From Eledone cirrhosa (Eukaryota), in assembly GCA_964016885.1 (NCBI GenBank), contig CAXHJY010001226.1, positions 34,028 through 98,027 of the forward strand: a stretch of 64,000 nucleotides of DNA, in the 5' to 3' direction. Each line of letters opens with the position of its first letter. The stretch's first letter is position 1. Positions 38,801-52,996 of the stretch are shown piece after piece. The position numbers and the translations under genes were made by a program. The notes beneath the pieces are model-generated. The model worked only from the letters and a program-made list of their open reading frames with translations. It ran no database searches and was not told the DNA's origin.

Positions 38801-38971
38801 GAGATAGTGTCATAATGTTGTAATGCAGACAGCCAGACATACAGACATTATTCTCTGTTTTAGATATATAGATAACAAGGTGAAATTTTATATAGGCTAT
38901 ATGTTAAGATGCCATAAGGACAAACGCATAAGAGAAATTTAAATGCTTGGAGATCTACAATAAAAACAACT

Positions 38972-39188
38972 ATAATTGTTTCTACTTTTAGCACAAGGCC
39001 AACAATTTGAAGGGATGGGGAAAGTCGATTAAATCGACCCCACCGCATTACTGGTGCTTCATTTCATCAACCCCATAAGGATGAAAGGCAAAGCTAACCT
39101 CAGCTGGATTTGAACTCAAAATATAAAGGGCCGTAACTCTATGCCACAAAGCAAAGCGTCCATCACTCTACAGATACTGCCAATCCAC
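38972..39188 (-). mobile_element. tRNA-derived SINE (Nin/Deu-like family)
   Basis: Reverse match to 52493-52690. Confidence 0.8.
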
Positions 39189-40808
39189 AACAATAATAAA
39201 CATTTTAAGGACATTTTTCTTGCTAGCATGGTTAGCTTTGAAGGCCCTATGACAAGCTTCTCCATTTTGCCCTGTCTGCAACTCTTTCTACCATATTGGT
39301 GGCTTTCATTTGTCTCAAACCTCATATACCAGTTTCCACAAGAGGTATCAGGTACTTGAACATCAGAAATTAGTTGAACATTTCCTTATTTCAATCAGGT
39401 CCTCCACCTTCAGGTTTGATCTGAGAATCTCTCTAAAAATAAAATGTAGTTTATACAGATCAGTCTTAACCATTTCTAGTTAGTTTTTATAATTTGATTC
39501 TAGAGTTTTACTTGTTTAGACTGCAACTTATTTCATTAAATGTCCCTATTTATATTCTTTTACTGCCTTGAAGAAATTGTCATCACATTGACCCTAGTAC
39601 TTATTTTTTTCAAGTCTGGTACTTATTTTATCTATTTCTTTGTGTAAAATTGTTAAGTTATGACACACACACACGATGGGCTTCTGCAGAGTTTCTGTCT
39701 ATCAAATTTCACTCACAAGGTTTTAGTGAACCTGAGGCTATAGTAGAAGACATTTGTCCAAGGTGCCACAATAGGAGTGAGCCCATGTGTTTGCCAAGTG
39801 AACTTCTTAACTACACAACCTTGTCTGTGTATATAAGAATGAAATACAGTTTTTACAGTTCAGTCTAATTCATAGTTAGCTACTGTAATTGAATTTCATT
39901 GCCATTTGGGAAAACAAACTACTTTGTTACTTTGTTTAAATTGTACACCATTTCTCTACATATCTCATATTTTACAGTGCCATATATATATATCTATGCC
40001 GTACTGTTTAAATACACACACACTCACACTTCCATACGCAGTTCCCAGCCACACTTAAACAAAAACACATCCAGTACACACTGTAAAGTGGTTGGAATTA
40101 GAAAGGATATCTAGCTGTAGAAGCCATGTGCAAAATAAGTAATGTATGAGTAAGATCTAGCTCTCCAACTCATTTAATTTCAGAGTATGTCAACCCATCC
40201 AACCAACATCAGTATGAAAAACAGACCTATGATGGTGGTGATAATAAATTGTGTATGTTTGGTTAGTGACTTACTTGATTATAATATCCCTATTAATAAC
40301 TATGGGTTAAATAGCCTCCCCAATCTGCAATGAGCTTAGCATTGTAAATACAGCTATAACCCTGACATGACCAAAACCAAACAGAAAGTGGTGGAGGTCA
40401 ATCAAGGAGGGGGTTCAGCCAACAGGAGTGAGAAGACCTTGGATTGAATTAATAATTTTTTATAAATGCATACACACATACACGCACATACAGAATAACA
40501 TTTAAGGAGAATTTCCAAATAAGGGCAAAAATATCTGCTGTGATCAGAAAGAAAAAAAACAATTGATTTCAGCATTTGGAATAGATCTCCATCAGTTTCG
40601 ATGATGAATGCTCCAGTTGTTTAAGCAATGGAACCTGCTCATGAAATTAACAAGTGAGTGCCTGAGTTTTAGGGTGACAGTGTGTGTATCAAGGCTGGCC
40701 TTTTGCATTAGATACAGTTCATATGAGAGGCTTCCAAACACTTCAAAACTTCCATGCTTCCCGAAATTTGCCAACACCACACATGATATTCCCTCTCCAT
40801 ATGCATGC

Positions 40809-40811
<3 letters not shown>

Positions 40812-40863
<52 letters not shown>
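40812..40863. repeat. (TG)n microsatellite
   Basis: Visible array. Confidence 0.95.
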
Positions 40864-40868
<5 letters not shown>

Positions 40869-41397
40869 CATGACTCACACACTGTTCACGTTCCTCGTTC
40901 ATTATTCTGTGTACTATACATGCACCTTTAATGAGTTGTAGTGTACCTGAGCACTGTACACAATAATTTTCATTATTATTTTAGTTTCTATCTACCCAAT
41001 TTCACTTAAAAACCATGGGTCAAACCAAGGCTATGGCAAAAAACACTTGCCCTAGATACCACATGATCAGATTAACCTCAAGGCTTAATGATTGCAAAGC
41101 AAACTTTTTAACCATTTCAACCAATTATAGAGTAAGAAAGAAACTTCAATTGCTACTGACTGATCATCAATTACTGTCATTACATCATTTTGTAACACTC
41201 TTTCATAATTACTGACTGAAAATTCTGTCTGCGTTCACAGACAAACGATTTGTGTTTGTTTCTTTTTTTTATTTCACTTTCATGTGTATATTAGTGTTAC
41301 TGGGAAAAGAGAGAACTCTGGTGGTAGGATATTTCTTGGAAAATATTAACTGAAACTTTGTATTAATATACAATTTGAAACAATGCTTTATATTCAA

Positions 41398-41456
41398 TGT
41401 ATGTATATGTGTGTGCAAGCATGTGTGTGAGTGTGTGTGTGTGCTTATGTGTGCTA

Positions 41457-41531
<75 letters not shown>

Positions 41532-41740
41532 TATGTGTGTGTGTGTGTGCTTATGTGTGTGTGTGTGCTTATGTGTGTGTGTGCTTATGTGTGTGTGTGT
41601 GTGCATGTGTACGCATGTATGCATGGAAGTGTGTGTGCATGTGTGTATGCATGCAAGTGTGCATGTGTGTATGCATGCAAGTGTGCATGTGTGTATGCAT
41701 GCAAGTGTACATCCAAGTACGTGTGCATGTGTGCCTGTGT
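41398..41740. repeat. (TG)n-derived compound microsatellite
   Basis: (TG)n, gtgcttatgt units and 24-bp gcatgtgtgtatgcatgcaagtgt units. Confidence 0.92.
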
Positions 41741-42464
41741 TCTTGGCAAATTAAGATCAATAAAATAAGTAATAGATAGAATTAAGTAGTGAGAACAATC
41801 TGATCACCGAAGCTCTTAAAGACATTGGCCAGTATGACTGCAGTCCAGTCGAATGACTGAAATCAAATCAATGAAAGATCTGCCTCATCTGTTTTGTTGA
41901 TTGTATGTATATGAGACTAAAACATCACCACAGTTCACTACCCTTAAACATGAACAGCACACAGTTAAGAGCCCTCATATCCACTTCAAATGCTAAGCTT
42001 CACTGTCACTAAGGCTCTCTCATGGCAAATGCACATCATAAATATAACTAAAACTTCATCTAATTATTGGTCCTTCTCTTCAGTGTACTGAAAGGTCACT
42101 TGTCTAATTGGCATCGAATTACTGACGGACATGCTTCCAGTCTTTAACCTGCAGATGTTCCATCTCCTCTCTCAACCCATGACTTTTACTGTTCCTCTGA
42201 AACCAACTGATGAGACTGATGCTGTTTGTTTTCTATGTTAATGTTGACATTGTTTAGCTTTCTCAGTGTAATTGTCAACATATGACAGCAAGAAGTCCTA
42301 CTACAGATCACATTATTCCAAAGAGTGTATGCTTGCAGCTGGAGACCACCTGTAACATATTCTATTTCCAATGAAACTATTATCAACATGAGTTCACAAA
42401 CTAGTTCAAATGCCACCGCCCACCCCCACAAACACACTAAAAGAAAACAGTGTTATTTCAAGGA

Positions 42465-45400
42465 ATATTCTAATTCTATACTAATTCTAATTCTATCTTA
42501 TCTCTCTCGGTTATTTACCATGCGCCCCCCCCCCCCTCTCTCTCTAGGATTACTATCTCTACCTATTTAACTTCATTCATCTTGGAACTATTGGAGAGAT
42601 AAAACCCTTTTCCCTTATCTGCTAAAATGTATCATTAGAGTTGATTTCATTTCGTTCCGGCCACCCATCCATACAAATCTTCGAAAGGTATCTTAGTTAG
42701 TTTTATGACGCTATTATTGTTAATATTACTACTGTTTTTCTGCTGTATTATTTACTGTTTTTCTGCTGTATTATTGATAAATTTTCGAAGGTATCTTAGT
42801 TCCTATGACGTTACTATTGTTAATATTACTGCTGTTTTAACTTCGGATATTTACCATGCGGTATTCTAATTCTATCGTATCTCTCTCGGTTATTTACCAT
42901 GCGGCTCTCAGTGCCCACCTCACAATTTCCCTCCCTCCCACCCACCCCCACACAATTTCCCTCCCTCCCACCCACCCCCACACACCACCATAGCCTATTC
43001 GACCAATCAAACCTCAGCATGCCATTTCCGCTGCTGCTGCTGCTACTACCTACCTAACTAACTTTCTCCTCCTCTGGCGCAGCCCAACACACCCTGCCAT
43101 TACCCCACCACCACTGTTCTTCTAGCCCTCAATTTTCCCACCGTTATGGATGGATGAGCTGAGAATACATTTGAGCAACTCTGAATCAATAGATGAAATA
43201 TGAATCTGCGAGCTACCAAGCACCCACGTGAAGCGCCAACCCAGAGACCCTCCCCTATGAGTGTCGACAAATGCCCAAAACTCCGAGTTGGTACCATCAA
43301 TGTAGGCTCAATGAAAGGAAGAGCAGGAGAAATCGTAGAAATGCTAGAGCAAAAGGAAGTTGATGTATGCTGTGTGCAAGAGACTAGATGGAGAAGAGAG
43401 TCTGCTAGAGTCCTTGTAGGAAAAAGTCAGTGCTACAAATTTTTCTGGGTGGGAAATGACGATGGGATGGGGGGTGTAGGTATACTATTAGCTGACAAGT
43501 GGGTAGATAAAGTATTCTTAGTGTACAGGGTAAATGCAAGAATCATTAAACTCAGACTAGTCCTGAATAAGACAATTACCACAATAATATCAGCTTACGC
43601 ACCCCAATCGGGGCTGCCAGACGAACTTAAGGATAGGTTTTACGAGTCCCTAATACACACTACTGCTCTAACAGACGACAAGGACTTCCTAATCATCGCA
43701 GGAGATTTTAACGGACACGTAGGTAAACACTGCGACGGCTTCAATAGAGTACATGGAGGCCATGGAGTTGGCACACGGAATGAGGAAGGATTCAGACTTC
43801 TAGAATTCTGCGACGCCAATGACATGTCGATATGTAACACAAACTTTAAAAAACCCGACAACCACCTGATCACCTATAGATCAGGGGAGCACTCTAGTCA
43901 GTTAGATTTTATCCTCATCAGAGGACGTGACAGATGGACGGTCGTAAACACAAAAGCCTTCCCTAGTGAGGAATGTACATCCCAACATAGCTTAGTTGTC
44001 AGCGACCTCACGGTCAGAACTAGACGAGCCCTGAAACAGAGGCCAACCTGGAGAAGAAAGATCTGGAAGCTGAAAGTCCCCTCAACTTAACAGATTTAAA
44101 GATATTTTACTCAACGCCTACGACAGTAAAGAAGAACAGATAGAGACATTTAATGTAGAAGAGAACTGTGAGTTCCTAAAAAATAATTTACTAGAGGCGA
44201 CGGACGAGGTCTGTGGCTGGAGTAAGACCTCAAGCAGGAGGAGAGTGACTTGGTGGTGGAACAATAAGGTAGATGAAGCAGTCAGGGCCAAGAGACAGGC
44301 ATGGAAAGAATGGAAGAACGGGGGGAGCAGGGTACATTACATAGAGACCAAGAGGGAAGCTAGACGACAAGTATACTTAGCTAGGAGGGAAGCAGAGGAT
44401 AGAAAATTCAAGCATGTTTTACAACATGAGGACCAGAAACAGGAGGTATTCAAGATTGCGAGGCAGTGTGTCAGAGATAGTTGTGATGTCATTGGAGAGA
44501 AGTGTATCCGGAATGATAAAAGTGAGCTTGCCCTCACAAGTGCTGAGAAGAAAGATGCATGGAAGAGTCATTATGATAGATTACTAAATGAGGAGAATGC
44601 ATGGGAAGAAGAGACCCTACCCCAAGTAGACCCTATAGAGGGACCAGCAGTACAAGTCAGCGGCAGCGTAGTAAGTAAGGCAATCAGAGATAAGAAGATG
44701 GGGAAGGCAACCGGTCCATCGGGTATAGCTGCCGAGATGCTGAAGGCATCTGGGTCTGTAGGTCACACTATAACCACATGTATCGTTAACCAGGTAATAC
44801 TAGAAGGGGCCATACCAAAAGATTGGTGCAGTAGCATCATTGTCAACTGCTACAAAGGCAAAGGCGACGCACTAGATAGAGGAAACTATAGAGGTATAAA
44901 GTTGATGGACCAGGTCATGAAAGTAACAGAAAGAGTTATAGCACAGCTGATTAGGGACCGGGTGAATATAGACGAGATGCAATTTGGGTTTGTACCAGGA
45001 AGAGGCACCACTGATGCCCTCTTCCTTGTGAGGCAATTACAGGAAAAGTACCTAGCTAAAAGTAAGCCACTCTACTTGGCATTTGTCGACCTTGAGAAAG
45101 CCTTTGACAGAGTTCCACGTGCTGTAATCTGGTGGGCTCTTAGAAAACTAGGAGTAGATGAATGGCTTGTGAAAGCGGTACAAGCCATGTATAGGGGAGC
45201 AGTCAGCAAAGTTAGGATTAGCAATGAGTATAGCGAGGAATTTAGCGTACAGGTTGGGGTCCACCAGGGGTCTGTTCTTAGCCCTCTCCTGTTCATCATA
45301 GTCCTGCAGGCAATAACGGAGGAATTTAAGACCGGATGCCCATGGGAACTCCTGTATGCTGATGACCTCGCACTCATAGCTGAATCTATGATAGAACTAG

Positions 45401-46624
45401 AGAATAAATTCCAAACCTGGAAGCAGGGACAAGAGAGAGAAAGGGTCTCAAAGTCAACATGACAAAGACTAAGGTCCTTGTAAGTAGACGAGAAAACAGA
45501 ACCCAGATCCCCTCAGGGAAATGGCCTTGCTCAGTATGTAGGAAAGGTGTAGGTAGGAACTCTATTCTCTGCCCCAAATGCAAACAATGGGTACACAAGA
45601 GATGTAGCGGGATCTCAGGAAGCTTAATTAAGAATGTAGGATTCACATGCAGCAGCTGTGCTGAAACAGCAAGCAGCAAACAGCCACAGGAAACAAGTAC
45701 CACCAATCTCTGGGAGGGCCCTGTAGAAACAGTAGACAGCTTCTGCTACCTAGGTGACCGAATTAGCAACAGAGGTGAGTGTTCAGAAAGTACAATAACT
45801 AGGGTAAGAACGGGATGGAAGAAGTTTAGGGAACTACTACCACTGCTAGCTGCAAAAGGCTTCTCCCTCAGAATGAAAGGCAGACTGTATGATGCGTGTA
45901 TCCGAACAGCGATGTTGCATGGTAGTGAGACCTGGGCGCTGAAGGTGGAAGACTTACGTAGATTAGAGAGAAACGAAGCCTGCATGCTCCGATGGATGTG
46001 TAACAGTAATATACGTGAACGACAAAGCATAAATGAATTGAGAGAGAGACTGAGCATAAGAGGAATCAAATGCTGTGTGCAGGAGAGGCGGTTGCGCTGG
46101 TATGGACATGTGATGCGTATGAAGGATGACAGCTGCATAAAAAGGTGCAGAGCACTAGAAGTTGATGGAAACCGCGGAGTGGGGAGACCCAAGATGACCT
46201 GGGATGAGGTGATAAAAGCCGACCTTACCCAATTACACCTCTCAAAGACAATGATACACGACCGTGACTTCTGGCGTCACGCAGTAATACAGAGTACCCA
46301 ACCTCCCATGGGTACATGCTGAAGCATATAAACAATATGCCCCCACACCCCCCACCGCAAGGTGGTCGTGGAGGTGCCACGGCAAAAAAGCACCCAGCCC
46401 ACACTGTAAAGTGGACGTGTAGGCGCCACGAAAAAGCACCCAGCACTCACTGTAAATGAGGTTGGTGTTAGGAAGGGCATCCAGCTGTAGAAATCAAGCC
46501 AGATCAGTTCCTGTATGAGCAAGGCATGGTCAGCCGACCAGACACTGCACACAACAGGACAACCCGTCTAACCCATGCTAGCGTGGAAGAACGGACGTAA
46601 AACGGTGATGATGATGATGATGAT
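42465..46624 (+). mobile_element. RTE LINE, subfamily B, near full-length (5' boundary uncertain)
   Basis: APE (GTINVGSM, VQETRW, AYAPQ, GDFNGHVG), RT (YADD), PHD-like finger, 3' UTR, (GAT)n tail; repetitive 5' region. Confidence 0.9.
43200..46322 (+). pseudogene. RTE ORF (APE-RT-PHD finger), two frameshifts (~44088, ~45430)
   Basis: ORFs 43200-44090, 44245-45462 and 45459-46322 are colinear. Confidence 0.92.
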
Positions 46625-47035
46625 AGAACAAGTAGTATCCTAAACATTGCAATAGTAATAAAGATTGGTAATATAGACACAAAGCTATACATTTGAAGAA
46701 GGGAACAATTGATTAATTCATTCTAACATTGGCACAAGGCCAGCAATTTGGGGGGAAGAGGAAAGTCGATTGTCGAACCCCAGTACTTTACTGGGCAAAA
46801 ACAAAGTTGACCTCAGCAGGATTTGAACTCAAAATAAAGAGCCCCAAAAAATATTGCTAAGCATTTGTCCTATGATCTAACAACTCTGCCAATCTACCAT
46901 CTTTCCACCTCTAATGCTTTATATGTAGGAGAGAAAAGGGGAAGCAGCCTAAAAATTTACAAGGGTTAGAGATAATAAGGTAGAGATATGTAGGAGGGGT
47001 GGTGGTGAGGAGCCTCTGAGGAGGGGGCACCTTGT

Positions 47036-47388
47036 AATAATTGTTTCTACTTTTGGCACAAGGCCAGCAATTATCCAGATGAAAGGTAAAGTTAACCTCG
47101 ACGAGATTTGAACTCAGAATGGCAAGGGCTGTAACTCTATACATCAAAGCATGGTGCCCGACCCACTACCGATACTGCCAATCCACCGCCATTTTGTAAT
47201 AATTGTTTCTACTTTAGGCACAAGGCCAGCAATTACTCAGTTCATTACTGGTACTTTATTTTATCGACCCCGTAAGGATGAAAGGCAAAGTCAACCTCGG
47301 CGGGATTTGAACTCAGATCGTAAAGGGACGTAAGTATGCTGGAAAGCATGGCGTCCGACCCTCTACCGATACTGCCAATTCTCCGCCA
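47036..47388 (-). mobile_element. Two head-to-tail SINEs (first internally deleted)
   Basis: 47036-47190 and 47197-47388, both ending c(c/t)ccgccattttgtaataat-like. Confidence 0.82.
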
Positions 47389-50305
47389 TTTTGTAATAAT
47401 AATAACTAAAGAGGATCTATGGAAATTACATATTTTATTAATGTTCTTATTTGAAGGTGCATAGCTTAGGGTTAATGGTTAGGGGTATTCAGCTTGCAAT
47501 TGTGAGTTCTATTCCCCGGCAGCACACTATATTTTTGAGCAAGACACTTTATATGTTGCTCCAGTACATTCAGCTGGCAAAAATGAGTTGTACATATAAT
47601 TCAAAAGGCCTCATGCAATGGTGAACCTCCTTGAGAATTTGGTTTTGGGTATATATGTCTGTACAATGCTCAGCCTGCTCATGTTAATATCATGAGCAGG
47701 CTGTTCTGTTGTCCCATCAAATGGAACACTGGTCGTTGAAACTAACGGAGGTTCAACTCCTATTTTGATACATAAATTTATAGATCTTCATAGTATTGAT
47801 TCATTATGTTATAACTTTTTGACTATGTCTTTTATTTTGTTCCATAATTGCAGGCATGTATATGGTCCACAACCCCTGATGGAGTCATAGGGGTGCCAAA
47901 TTGACATACAGCATTTCTAGGGCATTTTTAAATCTGCTGGCACCCATCTCTCTCCAGATCTGAATACAGCAGATTTCTCTCAGAGTAAGACAGAGAATAA
48001 GAGAATGGAAAGAGATACAGAATAAGAATTGACTCTAGTACTTGATTGGTACTTTTTTTTTATCAACCTCAAATAGACGAAACGCAAAACTGACTTTGAC
48101 GAGATTTCAATTGAGAGAGCAGAAAGCTGAAACAAATACTGCAAACCCTTCTATCCAACTTTCTAACAACTCTGCCAATTCGCTGCCTCGTTCCATAGCT
48201 ACCGTTCTTAAAAGTATAACACTTGAACACATTTAGGGTGTTTCAAAAGTCACTATTTTGAATAGCAATAAGTGCACCAATATAGATAGTAATTTTTGAG
48301 ACACCCTGGATATAGACAAACAAATACAAGAATTAAACACTGTACTATTGTTGAAAATATGGTTAGTAAAAATTTTAAACATGTTCATAAAGTATCTCCT
48401 TTTTTAGATGAAACATTCTAATTTGTTCACCCTGCTTACGTGAGTATTCTCCTGAAACTATCTCTAAAACAATTTCTTCACTAAACTTTAACTTACAATT
48501 CAAACTATACATTAACCATAGTAATCTCTGTAACAATACAATCTCTCCAGTCTATGTGGGATCTCTGTGTCTCTCTGTTTTCTTGATCATACTAAGAAAT
48601 AAGCAGATAAACCATAAGAGCCATATGCTGAGCAAACAAGAGAAAAGAGAAAAGTCTCACTGTAAAATCAGGCATCTTCTTGTTTTGGCAACATAATGCC
48701 TGGCTGTTAACAACATCAGTTATATCTGAAGGGCTAAGTTGACATATCAGAGAACATGTCATATGTTTCACACTTAACACAACAGGAATACAGGAAGCAT
48801 CTATTTCTTAGCAGATATTGTGGCACCAGCTGAAAGAAGTGGTGGCAGTATTGAGGTAAGGTTTAGTGAAAAGGCTGCTAATCAAGGTATTATGGTAAGA
48901 TTTGGGGGAAAGGATCGCTAGTGGAGGCACTGTGGTTAGATTTAGTGCAAGAGGTGGATGTACTGATGTTAGATTGAGTGGAAGGGACTACTGGTGGTGG
49001 TGGGGAGTTAAATTTTGTGGGGTGTGGTAGTGTGGCTGTGTTTGAAGCGAGGTCAACACTGAAATGGTATTCGAGTTAGATTTGGCAGCATTTACTTCAA
49101 CTCTGCTGCTTTTACTATAGTAGTGATTTCTAAATTTGGCACAAGGCCACAAATTTGGCAGTGGAAGGGAATAATCGTTTATTAAATTGACTCCAGTATC
49201 CAACTGGTAGTTATTTTATCAAACCCTAGAAGACGAAAAATAAAGTTGATTCGGAATGCAAAAGACCTTACAATAAATACAGCAAAATATTTTGTTCAAC
49301 ACTAAAGATTTCACCAATTCACCAGTCTCTGTTTTCATTATATTAACAATATTCCATGCCTAAAAAAATTTTTTTTTATAATTTATTCTGCCAATTTCTT
49401 CTTTTAGTCCTTGCTAGCTGAAGCTGGAGAATATTTCTGCTTCACCTACTCTCTCATTCACATATATAGACACACATACAACTGGAGAGTAGCCAAGATA
49501 GTCAATATAAAAGTTTATACACTATAGAAACATAACACCAGTCATCACTTTAACCATACAACAGACAGTATTGCTAAAATGGCACAATAGTCCCCGTTAA
49601 CCATTGCAATGTTTGAGCTTATCATAACAGCATTAACTCTTTTGATATCAAACTGCCTGGTTCTATGATATTACGCCGTTTATCTAAAATCTTACCATCA
49701 TAAATTCATTTAAGAAACTTTGTTATACTTCAAACACCAACTTAATAATGAGAAAATCAGTTATATTTAGTTATATCACTAAATCTCTCTAAATTCTTGA
49801 TTATTTTCAAAATTATTTGAAAATAGGTAGTGTATTTCATTAGATTTATGATATACATTGCTAATGTTTCAATTAATTTTAAAATAATCAAATATTTTGA
49901 GAAATTTAGTAAAATATATATAACTGTTTCAGATGTAAGCTCATATTTGTAACATTACTAAACTCTTAACAGATTTGGGAGAAAATATCTAAAATTGGTT
50001 TTGTTAATTCAAATGTTTATAGTATCTTTACAGAGTATGTCAAAAATTTGATATAAACTAAAGTAAAGACTTGACGTTTTATGTGATGAGCCATAGACCT
50101 CTTTTATACTCATCAACAATGTTTTTCTAATATGGTTTCATGCAATACAGAATGTTAAAAGATAACAAAATGTTCTTACATAAAATTACATTGGAAGGTT
50201 TAAAATCTAGGGCAGTTTCAGAGGTGATACAGTATGAAATGCTGAATCTGTGCCTCACAAACTCCTTAACCTGGTAGGCTGTGACAACCAAAGAATATCA
50301 AATAA

Positions 50306-50517
50306 TTAACCTTTCCATTACCATATTTCTAATGAAAGACACTGCCTTTGATTTTCAATTACTTTTGAAAATAAGCAGAAATTTAGAAAAGTGTAGTAAG
50401 GTTCTTACATAAAATTATGATGAAAGGTTTGGAGATAAATATAAGCACTTTAAAACAAACAGATTTTTATTGCAGAACCAGGGGTGATTTCAGGTAATTT
50501 GGTATCAAAAGGGTTAA
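50306..50517. mobile_element. piggyBac-like MITE (reverse orientation)
   Basis: ttaacctttccatt ... atcaaaagggttaa. Confidence 0.6.
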
Positions 50518-51279
50518 GCCAAATACTGCTATTACAACCACAGCTAACACACCAGCATACTATCAACCCATGAGGGTGACTATATCAGATACCCAACTAG
50601 ACGACTACAGAACAATATTTGGTCGATTGTGGATCAATGTTCTGTATATTCACATATTAAGTAAGAGAAATAATAAATGTGTATGTTTGGCTTGCCATGT
50701 TTCTTTGACAAAATGAGGCAATATTCACATCATTGTCAACCTTTACATACAGATTTTTATGAAGATTTTTCTCTCAAATCATTGATATAGTAAAGTTAAA
50801 ATATTAAAAATGTCAATAAATTGTCAATGATTGATTTTCAAGAAGGTTTGTAATAAATCTATATCGGCAACAGTAGTTTCATTGCATAGAAGCCTATTTT
50901 TTTACAGATGGTGAGATGATGGTTTCTAACTTATGTACATGGCCAGCAATTAGGTGGCAAGAAGCCGATTAAATCAACTCCAGTACTTAACTGATAGTAC
51001 ATTTTATCGAATATACTATCAGTTATATACATACAAAAATATAAACCAAGGAATATGCAACCAAAAAAAAATCAATGGTAGAAGGGGGTCGGCTCATATT
51101 TGGGGTCAATATTTTGATGATTTTCGCCAACTTCAAATTCTACATAAATAAGGTTTGGATTTTGCCAATTTTTCAGGTATATAGAATAGTGAAGGATCAC
51201 CTCTCAGGAATAAATGGGCAAAGAAGAAGATACTGTATATACTTGAATATAAGCTGATACAAATATAAGCTGACTTCAC

Positions 51280-51720
51280 TATTCTAGGGGGCAGAGTCCT
51301 CAAACACATCTTCCAGTAGGTCCTGTCTGAAGCAACCGTCTCCAACGGATCTGGCTGCATCCCCAAGCAAGACTGGTCAAGCCTATGGATGTTATCCAAC
51401 CATCTTGCTTGGGATCTACCCCTGAGTCTCCTGCTAGGTGGGTTTGCCCACAAAATCTGTTCAGCAGTTCTTTTCTGAGACATTCTAACCACATGCCCAT
51501 AGTATTGAAGCTGTGATCTCTCAATTCGAAGATTTCCGAGCTACACACTATCAAGTAATGTTACTCCAAAGACCCTTCGGAGGAACCCCATTTTGGCTTC
51601 TTGTATTCGCAATCATATTCTTTCAGTCATTACCCAAGATTCATGACCATAGGCAAAGGTTGTGACCAATACCAAATTGAAGACGAGTTTGACTTTTACA
51701 CCTACCTCCCTTCTGATCAC
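51280..51720 (-). mobile_element. Old RTE/Expander-like LINE 3' fragment
   Basis: GHVVRM...RRLRGRSQARWLD motif. Confidence 0.65.
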
Positions 51721-52492
51721 CAAATGCCGTTACATATTATTATGGGAGGTTTTTATATAAATATAAACACTTTAAATTATACATCTTTGTATCATAGAAT
51801 CAAGGGTAGTTTTAAGAAGTTTGGCATCAAAAGAGTTCACATTTAGTTTAATTTTGATTCCACTATTAAAGAACTATTTGGCATTATTCTTATGAAAGAA
51901 AGAACTGAAGATAATATTTATTATGCTTTTAGAAGCTTTATAATATTGGAAAATTTACCAATAAAAACAAAAATTCTAAATTTTACAAAAGATGGTGCAC
52001 CGGCTATGATTTGAGGTCAAAATGACTTCATTGCATATTGTAGAAGAAATAAAGAATTTTCAAAATTGTAATTTGCAATTGCATAATACACCAACAAGCA
52101 TTATGCAGAAAAATGTAACTATACACCTTAACTCTATTAGAACAACATCAAAACAAAGATTTAAATGTTGTTGGAAACTAACCAGCCTCAAACAGCCTCT
52201 GCTTTTCTAATACAAATCTTCTAATTTTAAAGTATTCATATTCAAATTCAAATCTCCCATTATAATTTTATGTAAGAAACCTTTAAGTCATGTTCCAAAC
52301 ACCAATTTAATGAAAAGGTCATTTATTTTATTTACAAAATCCTTCTAATTCCTTGATTTAATAGAGATAAATGTCCTTTGAAAGCTGTACATTATGGAGA
52401 CTGTTAAACAAATGGTTAGATTCTAGTTGTAGTAGTTACCACATAAGGATTTACTGTACACAATTTCATTATTATTATTATTATTATTATAC

Positions 52493-52690
52493 GGCGGTGG
52501 ATTGGCAGTATCGGTAGAGGGTCGGACGCCATGCTTTGACGCATAGAGTTATGACTCTTTCCATTCTGAGTTCAAATCCCGCCGAGGTTAACTTTGCCTT
52601 TCATCCTTATGGGGGTCGATAAAATAAAGTACCAGTAATGTACTGGGTAATTGCTGGCCTTGTGCCAAAAGTAGAAACAATTATTATTAT
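52493..52690 (+). mobile_element. Full-length tRNA-derived SINE (Nin/Deu-like central domain) in (ATT)n
   Basis: A-box tggcagtatcgg, B-box gagttcaaatcc, gcctttcatcc..ggggtcgataaaataaagtaccag, (ATT)n tail. Confidence 0.88.
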
Positions 52691-52763
52691 AGCTATAACC
52701 TTTCTTGAAGACAAGGAATAGCTTTGAGAATAATATTTTTAAGATATTACAAAACTAAATGAA

Positions 52764-52996
52764 TTAACCCTTTTGATAACCTGCCCCTGGTTCTACAATA
52801 CAAAACTATTTACTTTAAAGTGTTTATATTTAACTAAAACCTTCCTATCATAATTTTATGTAGAAATATTTGTCAAGTTATGCTCCAAACATCAACTGAT
52901 AAGAAAGTTATTTTACCAAATCCATCCAAATTCTTGATTATTTTCAACATTATTTGAAAATTACAGACTGTCTTTCATTAACAATCAAAAGGTTAA
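52764..52996. mobile_element. piggyBac-like MITE
   Basis: ttaacccttttgata ... aaaaggttaa. Confidence 0.6.

Noticed and set aside
52493-52590. tRNA gene
   Set aside because: A and B boxes belong to a multi-copy SINE head; no cloverleaf evident.
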